Source: Chiloscyllium plagiosum (Eukaryota). Taken from it: a DNA stretch of 20,000 nt. This document shows positions 9,627 through 20,000 of this stretch, one piece after another (position 1 is the first letter of the stretch; every line of letters starts with the position of its first letter). The stretch spans positions 71,638,856 to 71,658,855 of the forward strand of contig NC_057718.1 of NCBI RefSeq assembly GCF_004010195.1, in the 5' to 3' direction. Below the pieces are notes generated by a model. It searched no databases, was not told the DNA's origin, and saw only the letters and a program-made list of their open reading frames with translations. Position numbers and translations under genes: made by a program.

Positions 9627-11204
9627 CTGCATTTATTTCAGCCTAACGGGGAAGGCAGATGAACTCACGGCATGGTTAGGAACATGGGAAAAGGATATCA
9701 TAGCAATTACAGAAACATGACTCAAGGATGGACAGGACTGGCAGCTTAATGTTCCAGGATACATATGCTACAGGAAGGAAAGAAAGGGAGGCAAGAGAGG
9801 AGGGGGAGTAGCGTTTTTAATAAGGGATAGCATTACAGCTGTGCTGAGGGAGGATATTCCCGGAAATACATCCAGGGAAGTTATTTGGGTGGAACTGAGA
9901 AAGAAGAAAGGAATGATAACCTTATTGGGATTGTATTATAGACCTCCCAATAGTCAGAGGGAAATTGAGAGACAAACTTGTAAGGAGATCTCAGCTATCT
10001 GTAAGAGTACTTAAGGTCGGGGATTTTAACTTTCCAAACATAGACTGGGACTGCCATAGTGTTAAGGGTTTAGATGGAGAGGATTTGTTACGTGTGTACA
10101 AGACAATTTTCTGATTCAGTATGTGGATGTACCTACTGGAGAAGGTGCAAACATTGACCTACTCTTGGGAAATAAGGCCGGGCAGGTGACTGAGGTGTCA
10201 GTAGGGGAGCACTTTGGGGTCAATGACCATCATTCTACTAGATTTAAAATAATGATGGAAAAGGATAGACCAGATCTAAAAGTTGAAGTTCTAAATTAGA
10301 GAAAGGCCAATTCTGATAGTCTTAGGTAAGAACTTTCAAAAGCTGATTGGGGCAGATGTTCGCAGGTAAAGGGACGGCTGGAAAATGGGAAGCCTTCAGA
10401 AATGAGATAATGAAAATCCAGTGAAAGTATATTCCTGTCAGGGTGAAAGGAAAGGTATAGGGAATGCTGGATGACTAAAGAAATTGAGGGTTTGGTTAAG
10501 AAAAAGAAGGAAGCATTTGTCAGGTATAGTCAGAATAGATCGAGTGAATCCTTAGAAGAGTATGAAGGAAGTAGGAGTATACTTAAGAGGGAAATCAGGA
10601 GGGCAAAACGGGTACATGAGTTAGCTTTGGTAAATAGAATTAAGGAGAATCCAAAGAATTTTTACAAATACATTAAGGACAAAAGGGTAACCAGGGAGAG
10701 AATAGGGCCCCTCAAAGATCAGCAAGGAGGCCTTTGTGTGGAGCTGCAGAAAATGGGGGAGATTCTAAATGAGTATTTTGCATCAATATTTACTGTGGAA
10801 AAGGATATGGAAGATATACACCGTAGGGAAATAGTTGGTGACATCTTGCAAAATGTCCAGATTACAGAGGAGGAAGTGCTGGATGTCTTGAAACGGGTAA
10901 AGGTGGATAAATCCCCAAGACCTGATCAGGTGTACCCGAGAACTCTGTGGGAAGCTGGAGAAGTGATTGCTGGGCTTTTTGCTGAAATATTTGTATCATC
11001 GATAGTCACAGGTGAGGTGCTGGAAGACTGGAGGTTGGCTAACATGGTGCCACTGTTTAAGAATGGTGGTAAGGACAAGCCAGGGAACTATAGACCAGTG
11101 AACCTGACCTCGGTGGTGGGCAAGTTGTTGGAGGGAATCCTGAGGGACAGGATGTACATGTATTTGGAAAGGCAAGGTCTGATTAGGGATAGTCATCATG
11201 GCTT
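9627..11204 (+). mobile_element. CR1-clade (HER1-like) LINE, 5' half of ORF2: AP endonuclease and RT N-terminal part
   Basis: Decayed APE motifs (CIYF, IAITET, GGGVA, YRPPN, GDFNFP, DH), then ORF 10471+ with KSP.PD.VYPR.L, WRLAN.VPLFK.G, PGNYRPVNLTSVVGKLLE, ending at SHHG. Confidence 0.95.
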
Positions 11205-11665
11205 GGTTGGGATCCAAGGGATCCTTCCATATCCATCACAAATTCACCTGCACCTCCACACACACCATTTACTGCATCCGCTGCACCCGATGTGGCCTCC
11301 TCTACATTGGGGAGACAGGCCACCTACTTGCGGAACATTTCAGAGAACATCTCTGGGACACCCGCACCAACCAACCCAACCACCTCGTGGCTGAAAACTT
11401 TAACTCCCCCTCCCACTCCGCCAAGGACATGTATCTCTGCCTCCACCCCCTCTCCGGCCTATCACCCTCACCTTAACCTCCTTCCACCTATCGCATTCCC
11501 AGCGCCCCTCCCCCCACGTCCCTCCTCCCTACCTTTTATCTTAGCCTGCTTGGCGCACCCTCCTCATTCCTGAAAAAGGGCTTATGCCCGAAACGTCGAT
11601 TCTCCTGCTCCTTGGATGCTGCCTGACCTGCTGCGCTTTTCCAGCAACACATTTTTCAGCTCTAA
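11205..11665 (+). mobile_element. PLE fragment: GIY-YIG endonuclease piece plus terminus with hammerhead motif (11566-11601)
   Basis: ORF 11198-11476 contains FTCTSTHTIYCIRCTRCGLLYIGETG..LAEHFREH. Hammerhead reads CTGAAAA-AGGGC-TTAT-GCCC-GAAACGTC (G8 to A). Confidence 0.9.
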
Positions 11666-12845
11666 CCTCCCATCACCGTCTCTGGCAACCGACTAACCAC
11701 AGACATATACTACAATCCCACCGACTCCCACAGCTACCTAGACTACACCTCCTCCCTCCCTACCTCCTGTCAAAATGCCATCCCTTATTCCCAATTCCTC
11801 CGCCTCTACCAGCCCTGTTCCCAGGATGACCAATTCTACCTTAGAGAGTCTCAGATGGCCTCCTTTTTCCATGATTACAACTTCCTCCACTTTACGCACC
11901 ATTGCCCTTGAACCCCACCCCTCCCAACACAACAAGGACAGAACCCCACCCTCCCCCGGTCCTCACTTTCTACCCCATACAACCTCTGCATACAATGCGT
12001 CATCCTCTGCCACTTCCACCACCTCCAAACGGACCCCACCATCAGAGATATATTTCCGTCCCAACCCCTATCAGCGTTCCAAAAAAGACCATTCTCTCCG
12101 TGCCCACACCCCCACTCCTGGCACCTTTCCCTGCCACTGCAGGAAGTGCAAAGCCTGCACCCACATCACTCCCCTCACCTCCATCCAAGGCCCCAAGGGA
12201 TCTTCCACATCCATCAGAAATTCACCTGTACCTCTACCAATGTCATCTAGTGCATCCTTTGCACCCGGTGTTGGTCTCCTCTACGTTGAGGATACAGGAT
12301 GCCTTCTCGTGAATTGTTTCAGAGAATGTCTCTGGTGCACCCGTAATTACCAACCCCACCGCCCCATGGCTGAACACTTCAAACCCCTCCCATTCCATCA
12401 AGGACATGCAAGTCCTGGGCCTTCTCCACCAACAAACCGTTAACCACCCGATGCCTGGAGGAGGAATGCCTCATATCCTGCCTTGGGACCCTGCAACCAC
12501 ACAGAATAAGTGTAGATTTCAACAGCTTCCTCATTTCCCCTCTTCCCCCCCCCCCCCATTATCCCAGTCCCAAACCTCTAACTCAGCACCGCCCTCCGCA
12601 CCCGTCCATCACTGCCCCCTCTGACGTATCACTTCCTCCCTCACCTTCATCCACCTATCACTTTCCCAGCTACCTCCCCCCAACGCACCCCCTTCCATTT
12701 ATCTCTCAGCCCCAACCCACAAGCCTCTTTCCTGATGAAGGGCTTATGCCCAAAACATCGATTCTCCTGCTCCTCGGATGCTGTGCTTTTCTAGCACCAC
12801 ACTCTTGACTCTGATCTCCAGCTTCTGCAGTCCTCACGTCTTCCC
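11666..12845 (+). mobile_element. Penelope-like element body (RT C-terminus, Cys-rich linker, GIY-YIG) and terminus with hammerhead motif (12728-12763)
   Basis: Frameshifted PTDSHSYLDYTSS, PGTFPCHCRKCKAC, IQGPKG and LYVEDTG..FRE. Hammerhead reads CTGATGA-AGGGC-TTAT-GCCC-AAAACATC (CpG-decayed). Confidence 0.9.
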
Positions 12846-14384
12846 TCCTGGACCTTGTGTGTCCCATGTAAATTGCTGGACAAATGGAGATAGGGATAGG
12901 GCTGATAGAAGGCTGTTTGAGAATTTTATAGGCTCATCCAGCCTACAAACTCTCCTTCAAGGAACAGTAAAAATTTCCCCTTGGAATTTGGGTACTGTTT
13001 GTGACCACAGACCAAGCTTCTGCAGGCACTACTTTATTAATAATACAGAGTTGCCAGCCAATCTGATTGGATTGCATCTGTCTGAGGTAGGGGTTCCATT
13101 TGGGTGAGGGGCAAAGTTGTTGTCTCTAGCCAATTAATACTCAGTGCCATTTGAAAAGTTTTGCCCATTGTTCCCGACACAAATGCTGGAGATATTTTGA
13201 GTGTATTTAACAAATTTCACCATGTGCTGCAGATTAATGCATTGTCTCTCAGAATCCAACTATCGTGCAGTTGTGAATGCATTTAGATACTACACTACTA
13301 TGAATATGTACAATACCAATATGATTTACAAACTATAAAATCTTACTTTTTAAAGAAAACCACCTGAATTTAACTTCTGTTGGAGAGAGATATCAAAGAG
13401 GAGTCTTGGCTTCTGTGTCTAGCAGCACCAGTTGATCTTTTTCAGAGCTCTTTACCAATGGAACATAGGTCCTTGGATACAGTTTTCTCATGACTGGTTC
13501 TCTCAGCCGAGTACAACACTTTTTACTTTCCGCGTTACAATGATTACATGCAACATTTTTGTCATTCTTAAACACCCCCCCCAAATCTACACATCCAATC
13601 CTGTGAACACACAATCAATGATGGACATCTTTGTGGACAGCCCTAGGTCCTCCCATGACCTCATGATGTTCACCTTTATCACTGGGCCTTGAGATCTTAC
13701 AATGCATCTCATTCAGTCACGTTCCAGCACTGACAGTTATACTCTTTCCCAGATACTTGCTTGCTGCATCAAGTTATTTTCAATAACTTGGATACTTGCT
13801 TATCACTAATGACTTTCAAATTCTGTTAGACAATTCATATTTTGTACTAATATTATAGGAGGTACTAAATGATGCTAATTTCTACCAATTGCTATCAAAT
13901 TTGTAATATCAGTTCCAATGTAAAGTTAGTTATGTGTCAGGATATACAGTTACATCTAATATTATAATCCTTTGACAGCTGACAAATTGGGGAGCAGCTT
14001 CTCTGTCTTGTACTTGGGAGATCAAACAAACACAGTCTCTCTATGTTGCAGCTTTAAGTTGGTTCAAAACAGAGGTTTGATTTTTGGATGGGGCCCATTG
14101 TCTTTACTTAAAATACCTTTCACTCTAGTTTTTCCCACCAAACAAGATAGTGCACATTCAAATTCCAGTGATAAGGATGAAGTTCAATTATTTTTGCAGC
14201 TTTCTGCTTGCTGAGCTGAAGAGAACAGATGCTTAGGAGCAGAGTTCCAAAGACAAAGGAGTTGTTAATAGTGGTGAAAAGGAAAAGGAGATGTAAAATG
14301 GATGTAAATTAAGGTGTGAAAGGGAGAAAATAAGTACTGTCAACTGCTCGTAGGAATGTAAAGTAAACAAGATGCAAACAAGAT

Positions 14385-14517
14385 GAAGCAAAGAATTGTG
14401 GATGCTGAAGATCTGAACCTGAAACAGAAATTACTTGGGAAATTCAGCAGGTCTGGCAGTATCTGTGGAGGGAAAGCAGAATTTACCTTTTGAGCTCAGT
14501 GACTGTTCTTTAGAACT
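14385..14517 (-). repeat. Degenerate PLE 3'-terminal fragment
   Basis: The reverse complement resembles 15500-15635 and 4882-4995 (CTCCACAGATACTGCCAGACCTGCTGAATTT). Confidence 0.6.
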
Positions 14518-14534
14518 CAATTTCAGAACATTTG

Positions 14535-14727
14535 GTTAAAAATCACACAACACCAGCTTATAGTCCAACAGGTTTATTTGGAAGTACAGTACTAGCTTTC
14601 AGAGCACTAAGCTGATGAAGGAGCAGCGCTTTGAAAGCTGGTACTTCCAAATAAACGTGTTGGACTATAACCTGGTGTTGTGATTTTTAACTTTGTCCAC
14701 CCCAGTCCAATCCAGCATCTCTACATC
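14535..14727 (+). mobile_element. Fold-back element of the 194-333 family, with a decayed hammerhead in the loop
   Basis: Left arm 14535-14606 is inverted relative to ~14627-14691. CTGATGA at 14612-14618 and GAAAGCT at 14633-14639. Flanked by CAGAACATTTG (14524-14534) and CAGTACATTTG (14727-14737). Confidence 0.85.
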
Positions 14728-15319
14728 AGTACATTTGAGAAGTTTTGTGAATCTGACTAGTCCTCAATTTGAAATCAGGTGATCATGGCAGTCATTTTAC
14801 ATCAATACTTTAAAAAAAATCACTTTAGTCCTTGAAAGTCAGAGATATTAAAAGTAAGATGATCAAAGATGAATATTGGTAGCCCATGTTTATCATTGTT
14901 GCATTAATCTGCTGTAGTGGTCAATAATCACTCTTCACTTGGAATGGTCTCCCATAAAGATATGTATGGAATTTCTTTAATGCGTAAATGAACCAAATGT
15001 TCTCCTGTGTTGGTATTTCTGATTGGATTTCTAATTTAAGGTTCTAATTCAGCTATCGATTTAATTGTGCTTGGCGACACCACAGAGCATCTGAGCTATT
15101 TCCTTTGAATGCACAATTGCGTATTCACAGAGGCAGCCTTGAAAGAGGAGAGCATTGGAGATGTACCAAGGGAGGAAGGAGCAACTGGGGTAGGACAAGG
15201 AAAGAGATGGGGGTGTGAAGGGAGGAGATCGGACTGAGACAGTGATTGCATCAGGGTGGGGGGGGAGAATTGGCTCACCATTCAGTTGGGATGGACAGAG
15301 TAGGGGGGAGAAAACTTCC

Positions 15320-15635
15320 CCACTGTCCCATCATGTCCTGTTTTCCCCTCTGCCCGTTGTCCTCTTCCCACACTAACAGCCCCACCTTTTCTCCTCTTCA
15401 CTCCCCCACCACCACCCCAATTTGTTTTCCTGACTTCCCACCCATCCAGCCCTCCCATTCTGCTCCCCACCTTCAGCCCCATCCATGTTCCTTTGGCCTG
15501 ATATCTGACGAAGGGTCACCAGACTTGAAACATGCACTTTTGTTTGTTTCCCACAGATGCTCCCAGACCTTCTGAGCTTCAGGAATTTCTGTTTTTAATT
15601 TAAATCTCAAGCATCTGCAGTTCTTTGTTTTATTC
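15320..15635 (+). mobile_element. Old PLE terminus with hammerhead-like motif (15505-15535)
   Basis: A C-rich tract, then CTGACGA-AGGGTC-ACCA-GACTT-GAAAC, then the CCCACAGATGCT..CAGACC terminal motif. The purine-rich tract at 15160-15315 may be an inverted piece. Confidence 0.6.
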
Positions 15636-15712
15636 CAGTTTCAATATTGCGCCTGTGTCCTGTACATGTGCAATTCTGACTTTGCACATGACACAATAAC
15701 ATACGGTTTTTT

Positions 15713-15814
15713 GTGATGTGGTGTTGGATTGGATCTTGGATTGGGGTGGACAAAGTTAAAAATCACACTGCACCAGGTTATCGTCCAACAGATTTACCTG
15801 GAAGTACTAGCTTT
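15713..15814 (-). mobile_element. Single-arm copy of the hammerhead-bearing short element
   Basis: GGGGTGGACAAAGTTAAAATCACAC..CACCAGGTTAT.GTCCAACAG...GGAAGTACTAGCTTT. Similarity stops inside the hammerhead core (AAAGCTAG on the minus strand). Confidence 0.8.
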
Positions 15815-16699
15815 TTTACAGGTTTTGTAACTATGTTCATGCATGTTTCAGAGTGAACAAACATATGCAGTTATCTGCAGTTCCAGTGTCAGCAAATACT
15901 GCATATTGATTTTCCCTTCTTGCATCAGAGCCATTTACAGCCAAGAAGCATACTGACCGGTTTCCTTCTGTTGTGATATAAACATTAGTACCATTTTACA
16001 TACTTCGACTTTGGGTTTGCTCAAATTTCTCTCATCTGACCCGGACTGTTGGTGGGCAATGGATGGTTTCCGTGTTTTGATGCGAGTTATGAAAAAACTT
16101 GTGCACTAGATAAACAAATTGAAATTCTCAGCTCTTTCTTTTCTCTTGGGATTTCCATCTTAGATGTTTGTACTTTATCAGAATTTTGTACTTTATCAGA
16201 ATTTAGTTTGACTTCTATCAGGTATATACATTGTTCCAAGGAATTGGCATATTGTCACCTCACAAAGGAATGTATGTGTTAAGTCATGGCGACACTTTTA
16301 GTCAGAAGGATGTCACTTGGTGCACTATTACCACACCAGCTCTCATTAGAGCAATCCACTGTTGACATTGAGGAACTCAGAAGGGAGTTATACAGGTTGA
16401 AGAACTATGAAATCTATCTTTTGAGTCTCAGCAGACTGATAGGAAGCAGTCAAGAGGAATATCAAGAGGTTCTTCCTCATCCTCAGAGGTGTTGAAAAGT
16501 TGGGAAAGAGACAGGGAAAATGACCAAATTTCAGCAACGGCATGTAGAACCTACTCCTGATGCACACAGTGGAAAGGAAGGGGGTTGGGGGGAATGGTAT
16601 GTCAAGGAAGATCTCCAGGAAGGGTTTCTTGCATTTCTTCTTCCAGAAGGTGCACTCAGTGATTAGCAACCTCAAGGAAAAACATAGCTCAGTAACACG

Positions 16700-17326
16700 T
16701 TAGAGTGCAGGTTCATAGTTCCTTGAAAGTAGAGTCGCAGGTAGATAGGATAGTGAAGAAGGCATTTGGTATGCTTTATTGGTCAGAGTATTAAGTACAG
16801 GAATTGTGTGGTCCTGTTGCAGATGTACAGGATATTGATTAGACTATTTTGGAATATTGGTCTGCTTCCTATTGAAAGGATGTTGTGAAACTTGAAAGGG
16901 TTCAGAAAAGATTTACAAGGATGTTACCAGGGTTGGAAGATTTGAGTTATAGTGAGAGACTGAATAGGCTGGGGCTATTTTCCCTGGAGGGTCGGAGGCT
17001 GAGGGGTGAATAGAGAAAGTCCTATCCCTGGGGTGGGGAGTCCAGAACTAGAGGGCAGAATTAGATTTAGGGTGAGAGGGGAAAGATATAGTAGGGACCT
17101 CATGGGCAACTTTTTCACGCAGAGGAATATATGAAATGAACTGCCAGAGGAAGTAGTCGAGGCTGGTACAATTGTATCTGGATGGGTATATGAATAGAAA
17201 GGGTTTAGAGGGACCTGGGCCAAATGCTGGCAAATGGGATGACGTTAGGTTAGGATATCTATTTGGCATAGACAAGTTGGACCAAAGGGCCTTTTTCTGT
17301 GCTGTACATCTCTGACTCTATGACTT
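16700..17326 (+). mobile_element. 5'-truncated CR1 (HER1-like) LINE 3' end with internal deletions
   Basis: Matches the reverse complement of 7715-8420 and ends in a GACTCTATGACTT tail. Confidence 0.92.
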
Positions 17327-18337
17327 TAAAACATTATCTTTGTCTGACGTTTTGAGGATCAGCAAATCTTTCTATTCCAGACAATATGACATGATGCCCC
17401 CTGGCAGTACAGCCTTCTAATCGTTACTGTCCTTTGTCATGGAAGTCTTAAACCACAGCATGTCAGAGAGACTGGACTGGTCCTTTGAAAAGAATGAAAC
17501 TCTTGGAACCGACGGCTATTGGCCAAGTTGTATTCAGTTGTGTGGGACTTGATTGGCCAGGACCTGATAAAGATGTGTGACAGTATGCACTGGCAGGTAC
17601 CATGTGCGAATCCATGAGGAAAGGTATCATCTGCCTCGTAAACAAGTGGAAGGGGGAGAGGGAGGAAATTAGAAATTGAATATGAGTTACAAAATCCTAC
17701 CTCAGGTCATCGCCAACTGTGCCAGGTCTACTCTGGGATTGGTGATTCACCCCAACCAATCCTGTGCTCTACTGGGCAGAAAGGTCTCTGCGAGTCTCAT
17801 GCTCCTCAGGAATTGGATTGTCTACATACAGGACGGTGGGGTGGACATCTGCCTCAACAGTCTGCACTAGGAGAAGGCCTTCTTTTATGATATTGTACAC
17901 CTACATGAGGGGTGTTCTGTCCAAAATGGACTTTGTGGAGGGAATCCACAATCGGATCTGACTACTTTACACTAACATCAGTAGTGTACTCTCGATCAGT
18001 GGGTGGGAATCAGAAAATTTCCTGATCAGATCAGGAGTCATGCAGGGCTGCCCACTCTCTCCCAATTTGTGTGTTGTATAAATCCTTTTGCCAATTCCAT
18101 ATGAAAGGATGCAAGCCTGAGAGGAGTGACTACACCAGGCAATGCAGGCATGCAGGTCAAAGCCTCCCTGTATATGGATGACATCACCGTTTTCTGCTTG
18201 AATCCACTGTCAGTGCACAGACTCCTGAGCATCTTCAAAAAGTCTGAACTGGCCCTGGGAGCCAAGGTTAATCAAGGTATGAGTGAGCCATGTTCTTTGG
18301 CAGCTGGGCTGACCAATCCTTTATCCCCTTCACTATC

Positions 18338-18673
18338 TAGATTTAGATTACTTTTAGATTTAGATTACTTACAGTGTCGAAACAGGCCCTTTGGCCCAAC
18401 AAGTCCACACCGACCTTCCAAACAGCAACCCACCCAGACCCATTCCCTTACACTTACCCCTTCACCTAACACTACGGGCAATTTAGCATGGCCACTTCAC
18501 CTAACCTGCACGTTTTTGGACTGTGGAAGGAAACCGGAGCACCCGGAGGAAACCCATGCAGACACAGGGAGAATGTGCAAACTCCACACAGACAGTTGCC
18601 TGAGGCGGGACTTGAATCCGGGTCTCTGGTGCTGTGAGGCAGCAGTGCTAACCACTGTGCCACTGTGCCACCC
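18338..18673 (-). mobile_element. HE1-like tRNA-derived V-SINE
   Basis: The reverse complement matches 7191-7503, with the (TAGAT) tail at 18338-18367. Confidence 0.92.
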
Positions 18674-18833
18674 TTAAATCAGGACAGATTACCTGAAGGA
18701 ATATGGTTGGAGGGGCCAGTATGCTAAAACTTGGGAGGAACGTTATGGTGAGGCAATAACTGGGCAAAGGGAGCATCACTCCATCTTCATTTCAAGTAAA
18801 AACCTAATCGTCGAGTGTGAAGTACTCTCAGTT

Positions 18834-19181
18834 GCTGTGTGTGGCGCAGGTTTGGCCCATTCCCTGAGCCTGTGCCACTGCAGTCACTCAAGTCATCTTC
18901 TACTTCATCTAGAGATCAAAGATGGACAGTGTGTGCAAAGTTCTGGATAAGGTGAGGGGATGTGGAAGTACCCAACACTAGTTGAAACTTTATTGCTGGA
19001 ACAGCACGCTGTGTGTGGCGCAGGTTTGGCCCATTCCCTGAGCCTGTGCCACTGCAGTCACTCAAGTCATCTTCTACTTCATCTAGAGATCAAAGATGGA
19101 CAGTGTGTGCAAAGTTCTGGATAAGGTGAGGGGATGTGGAAGTACCCAACACTAGTTGAAACTTTATTGCTGGAACAGCAC
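18834..19181. repeat. Perfect 174 bp tandem duplication
   Basis: 18834-19007 and 19008-19181 are identical by eye. Confidence 0.95.
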
Positions 19182-20000
19182 AGCAGGTCAGGCAGCATCC
19201 AGGGAACAGGAGATTCGACGTTTCGGGCACATGCCCTTCTTCAGGAATGAGCAGAGAGTGTTCAGCAGGAGAAGATAAAAGGTAGGGAGGAGGGACTTGG
19301 AGGAGGGGCGTTGGAAATGTGATAGGTGGAAAGAGGTCAAGGTGAGGGTGATAGGTCGGAGTAGGATGGAGGCGGAGATGTCAAGAAGAAGACTGCAGGT
19401 CAGGAAGGGGTGCCGGGCTGGAGGGATCCGGCTGAGACAAGGTGGGGGGAGGGGGGATGAAGAAACTGGTGAAGTCCAAGTTCATCCCCGGCGGTTGGAG
19501 GGTTCCCAGTCGGAAGATAAGACGCTCCTCCTCCGACCGTCGCGATGTTGTGGTTTGGCGGTGGATGAGTCCAATGACCTGCATAAACTGGTCTCCCAGG
19601 AGGACCAGTTCAAAATACGTACAACACAGATGGCCTCCTTCTTCAAGGACCGCAATTTCCCCCCCGACGTGGTCGACGGTGCCCTCCACCGCATCTCCTC
19701 CACTTCCCGCCCCTCCGCCCTTGAGCCCCGCCCCTCCAACCGCCACCAGGACAGAACCCCACTGGCCCTCACCTACCACCCCACCAATCTCCATGTACAG
19801 CGCATCATCCGCCGTCACTTCCGCCACCTCCAAACAGACCCAGCACCAAGGATATATTTCCCTACCCTCCCCTATCAGCTTTCCGTAGAGACCACTCCCT
19901 CCGCGACTCCCTTGTCAGATCCACACCCCCCACCGACCCAACCACCACTCCCGGCACCTTCCCTTGCAACCGCAGGAGGTGCAACACTTGCGCCCACAAC
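19155..20000 (+). mobile_element. Relatively young Penelope-like element: inverted terminus (19155-19584, -) joined to the body (19592-20000, +), running off the window
   Basis: The minus part encodes RRSEEERLIFRLGTLQPPGMN and carries an intact hammerhead. The plus part encodes MASFFKDRNFP..RTPLALTYHP..IIRRHFRHLQTDP, has a frameshift near 19840, then AFRRDHSLRDSLVRS..PGTFPCNRRRCNTC. CpGs are well preserved. Confidence 0.9.
19213..19248 (-). ncRNA. Minimal type I hammerhead ribozyme motif, intact core
   Basis: Minus strand AUUC-CUGAAGA-A-GGGC(AUGU)GCCC-GAAA-C-GUC|GAAU. Stem I is AUUC/GAAU, stem II is GGGC/GCCC, stem III is the loopless palindrome ACGU. GUC cleavage triplet, cut between plus positions 19217 and 19216. 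Confidence 0.85.

Larger units (their letters stand above)
16260..18980 (+). mobile_element. Highly decayed L1/Tx1-clade LINE ORF2, interrupted by a CR1 fragment and a SINE
   Basis: Motifs FFFQKVH, SMRKGII.L, YKIL..VIAN, VIHPNQS, GVMQGCPLSP and SLYMDDITVF across frameshifts. The left boundary is approximate. Confidence 0.8.

Noticed and set aside
10471..11394. 307 aa ORF as a functional gene or an RT/GIY-YIG fusion
   Set aside because: It is a CR1 ORF2 fragment reading out of frame into PLE sequence after 11204, and the upstream part has stops and frameshifts.
11775..12624. Pro/Ser-rich ORFs as host proteins
   Set aside because: They are alternative frames of C-rich decayed PLE sequence.
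16167..16204. 18 bp tandem duplication TTTGTACTTTATCAGAAT
   Set aside because: An ordinary two-copy slippage duplication with no array structure.
12864..16260. ACAT2 exon 2 (expected to start near SFNG)
   Set aside because: I found no AG-preceded segment encoding the expected thiolase continuation. It probably lies beyond the window.

Overview
Vertebrate genomic DNA, very probably from a shark or other cartilaginous fish (HE1-type V-SINEs and CR1/HER1-type LINEs). There is one host coding exon: the first coding exon of a cytosolic thiolase (ACAT2-like, 5796-5847, +), with a CpG-enriched promoter and then >14 kb of intron 1. The rest is nested retroelement debris. It includes a decayed LTR retrotransposon with integrase upstream of RT/RNase H (Gmr1-like order) split by a probable solo LTR, CR1 and Tx1/L1-clade LINE fragments, three V-SINEs, and many Penelope-like element (PLE) pieces. 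The most notable signals are four. About nine minimal hammerhead-ribozyme motifs occur, two with intact cores. A short fold-back element has its hairpin apex on the predicted ribozyme cleavage site. A 6.3 kb composite block is bounded by an 18 bp direct repeat. Inside it, a CR1 has its 5' half inverted in twin-priming geometry. All family calls come from motif recognition by eye, with no database search.
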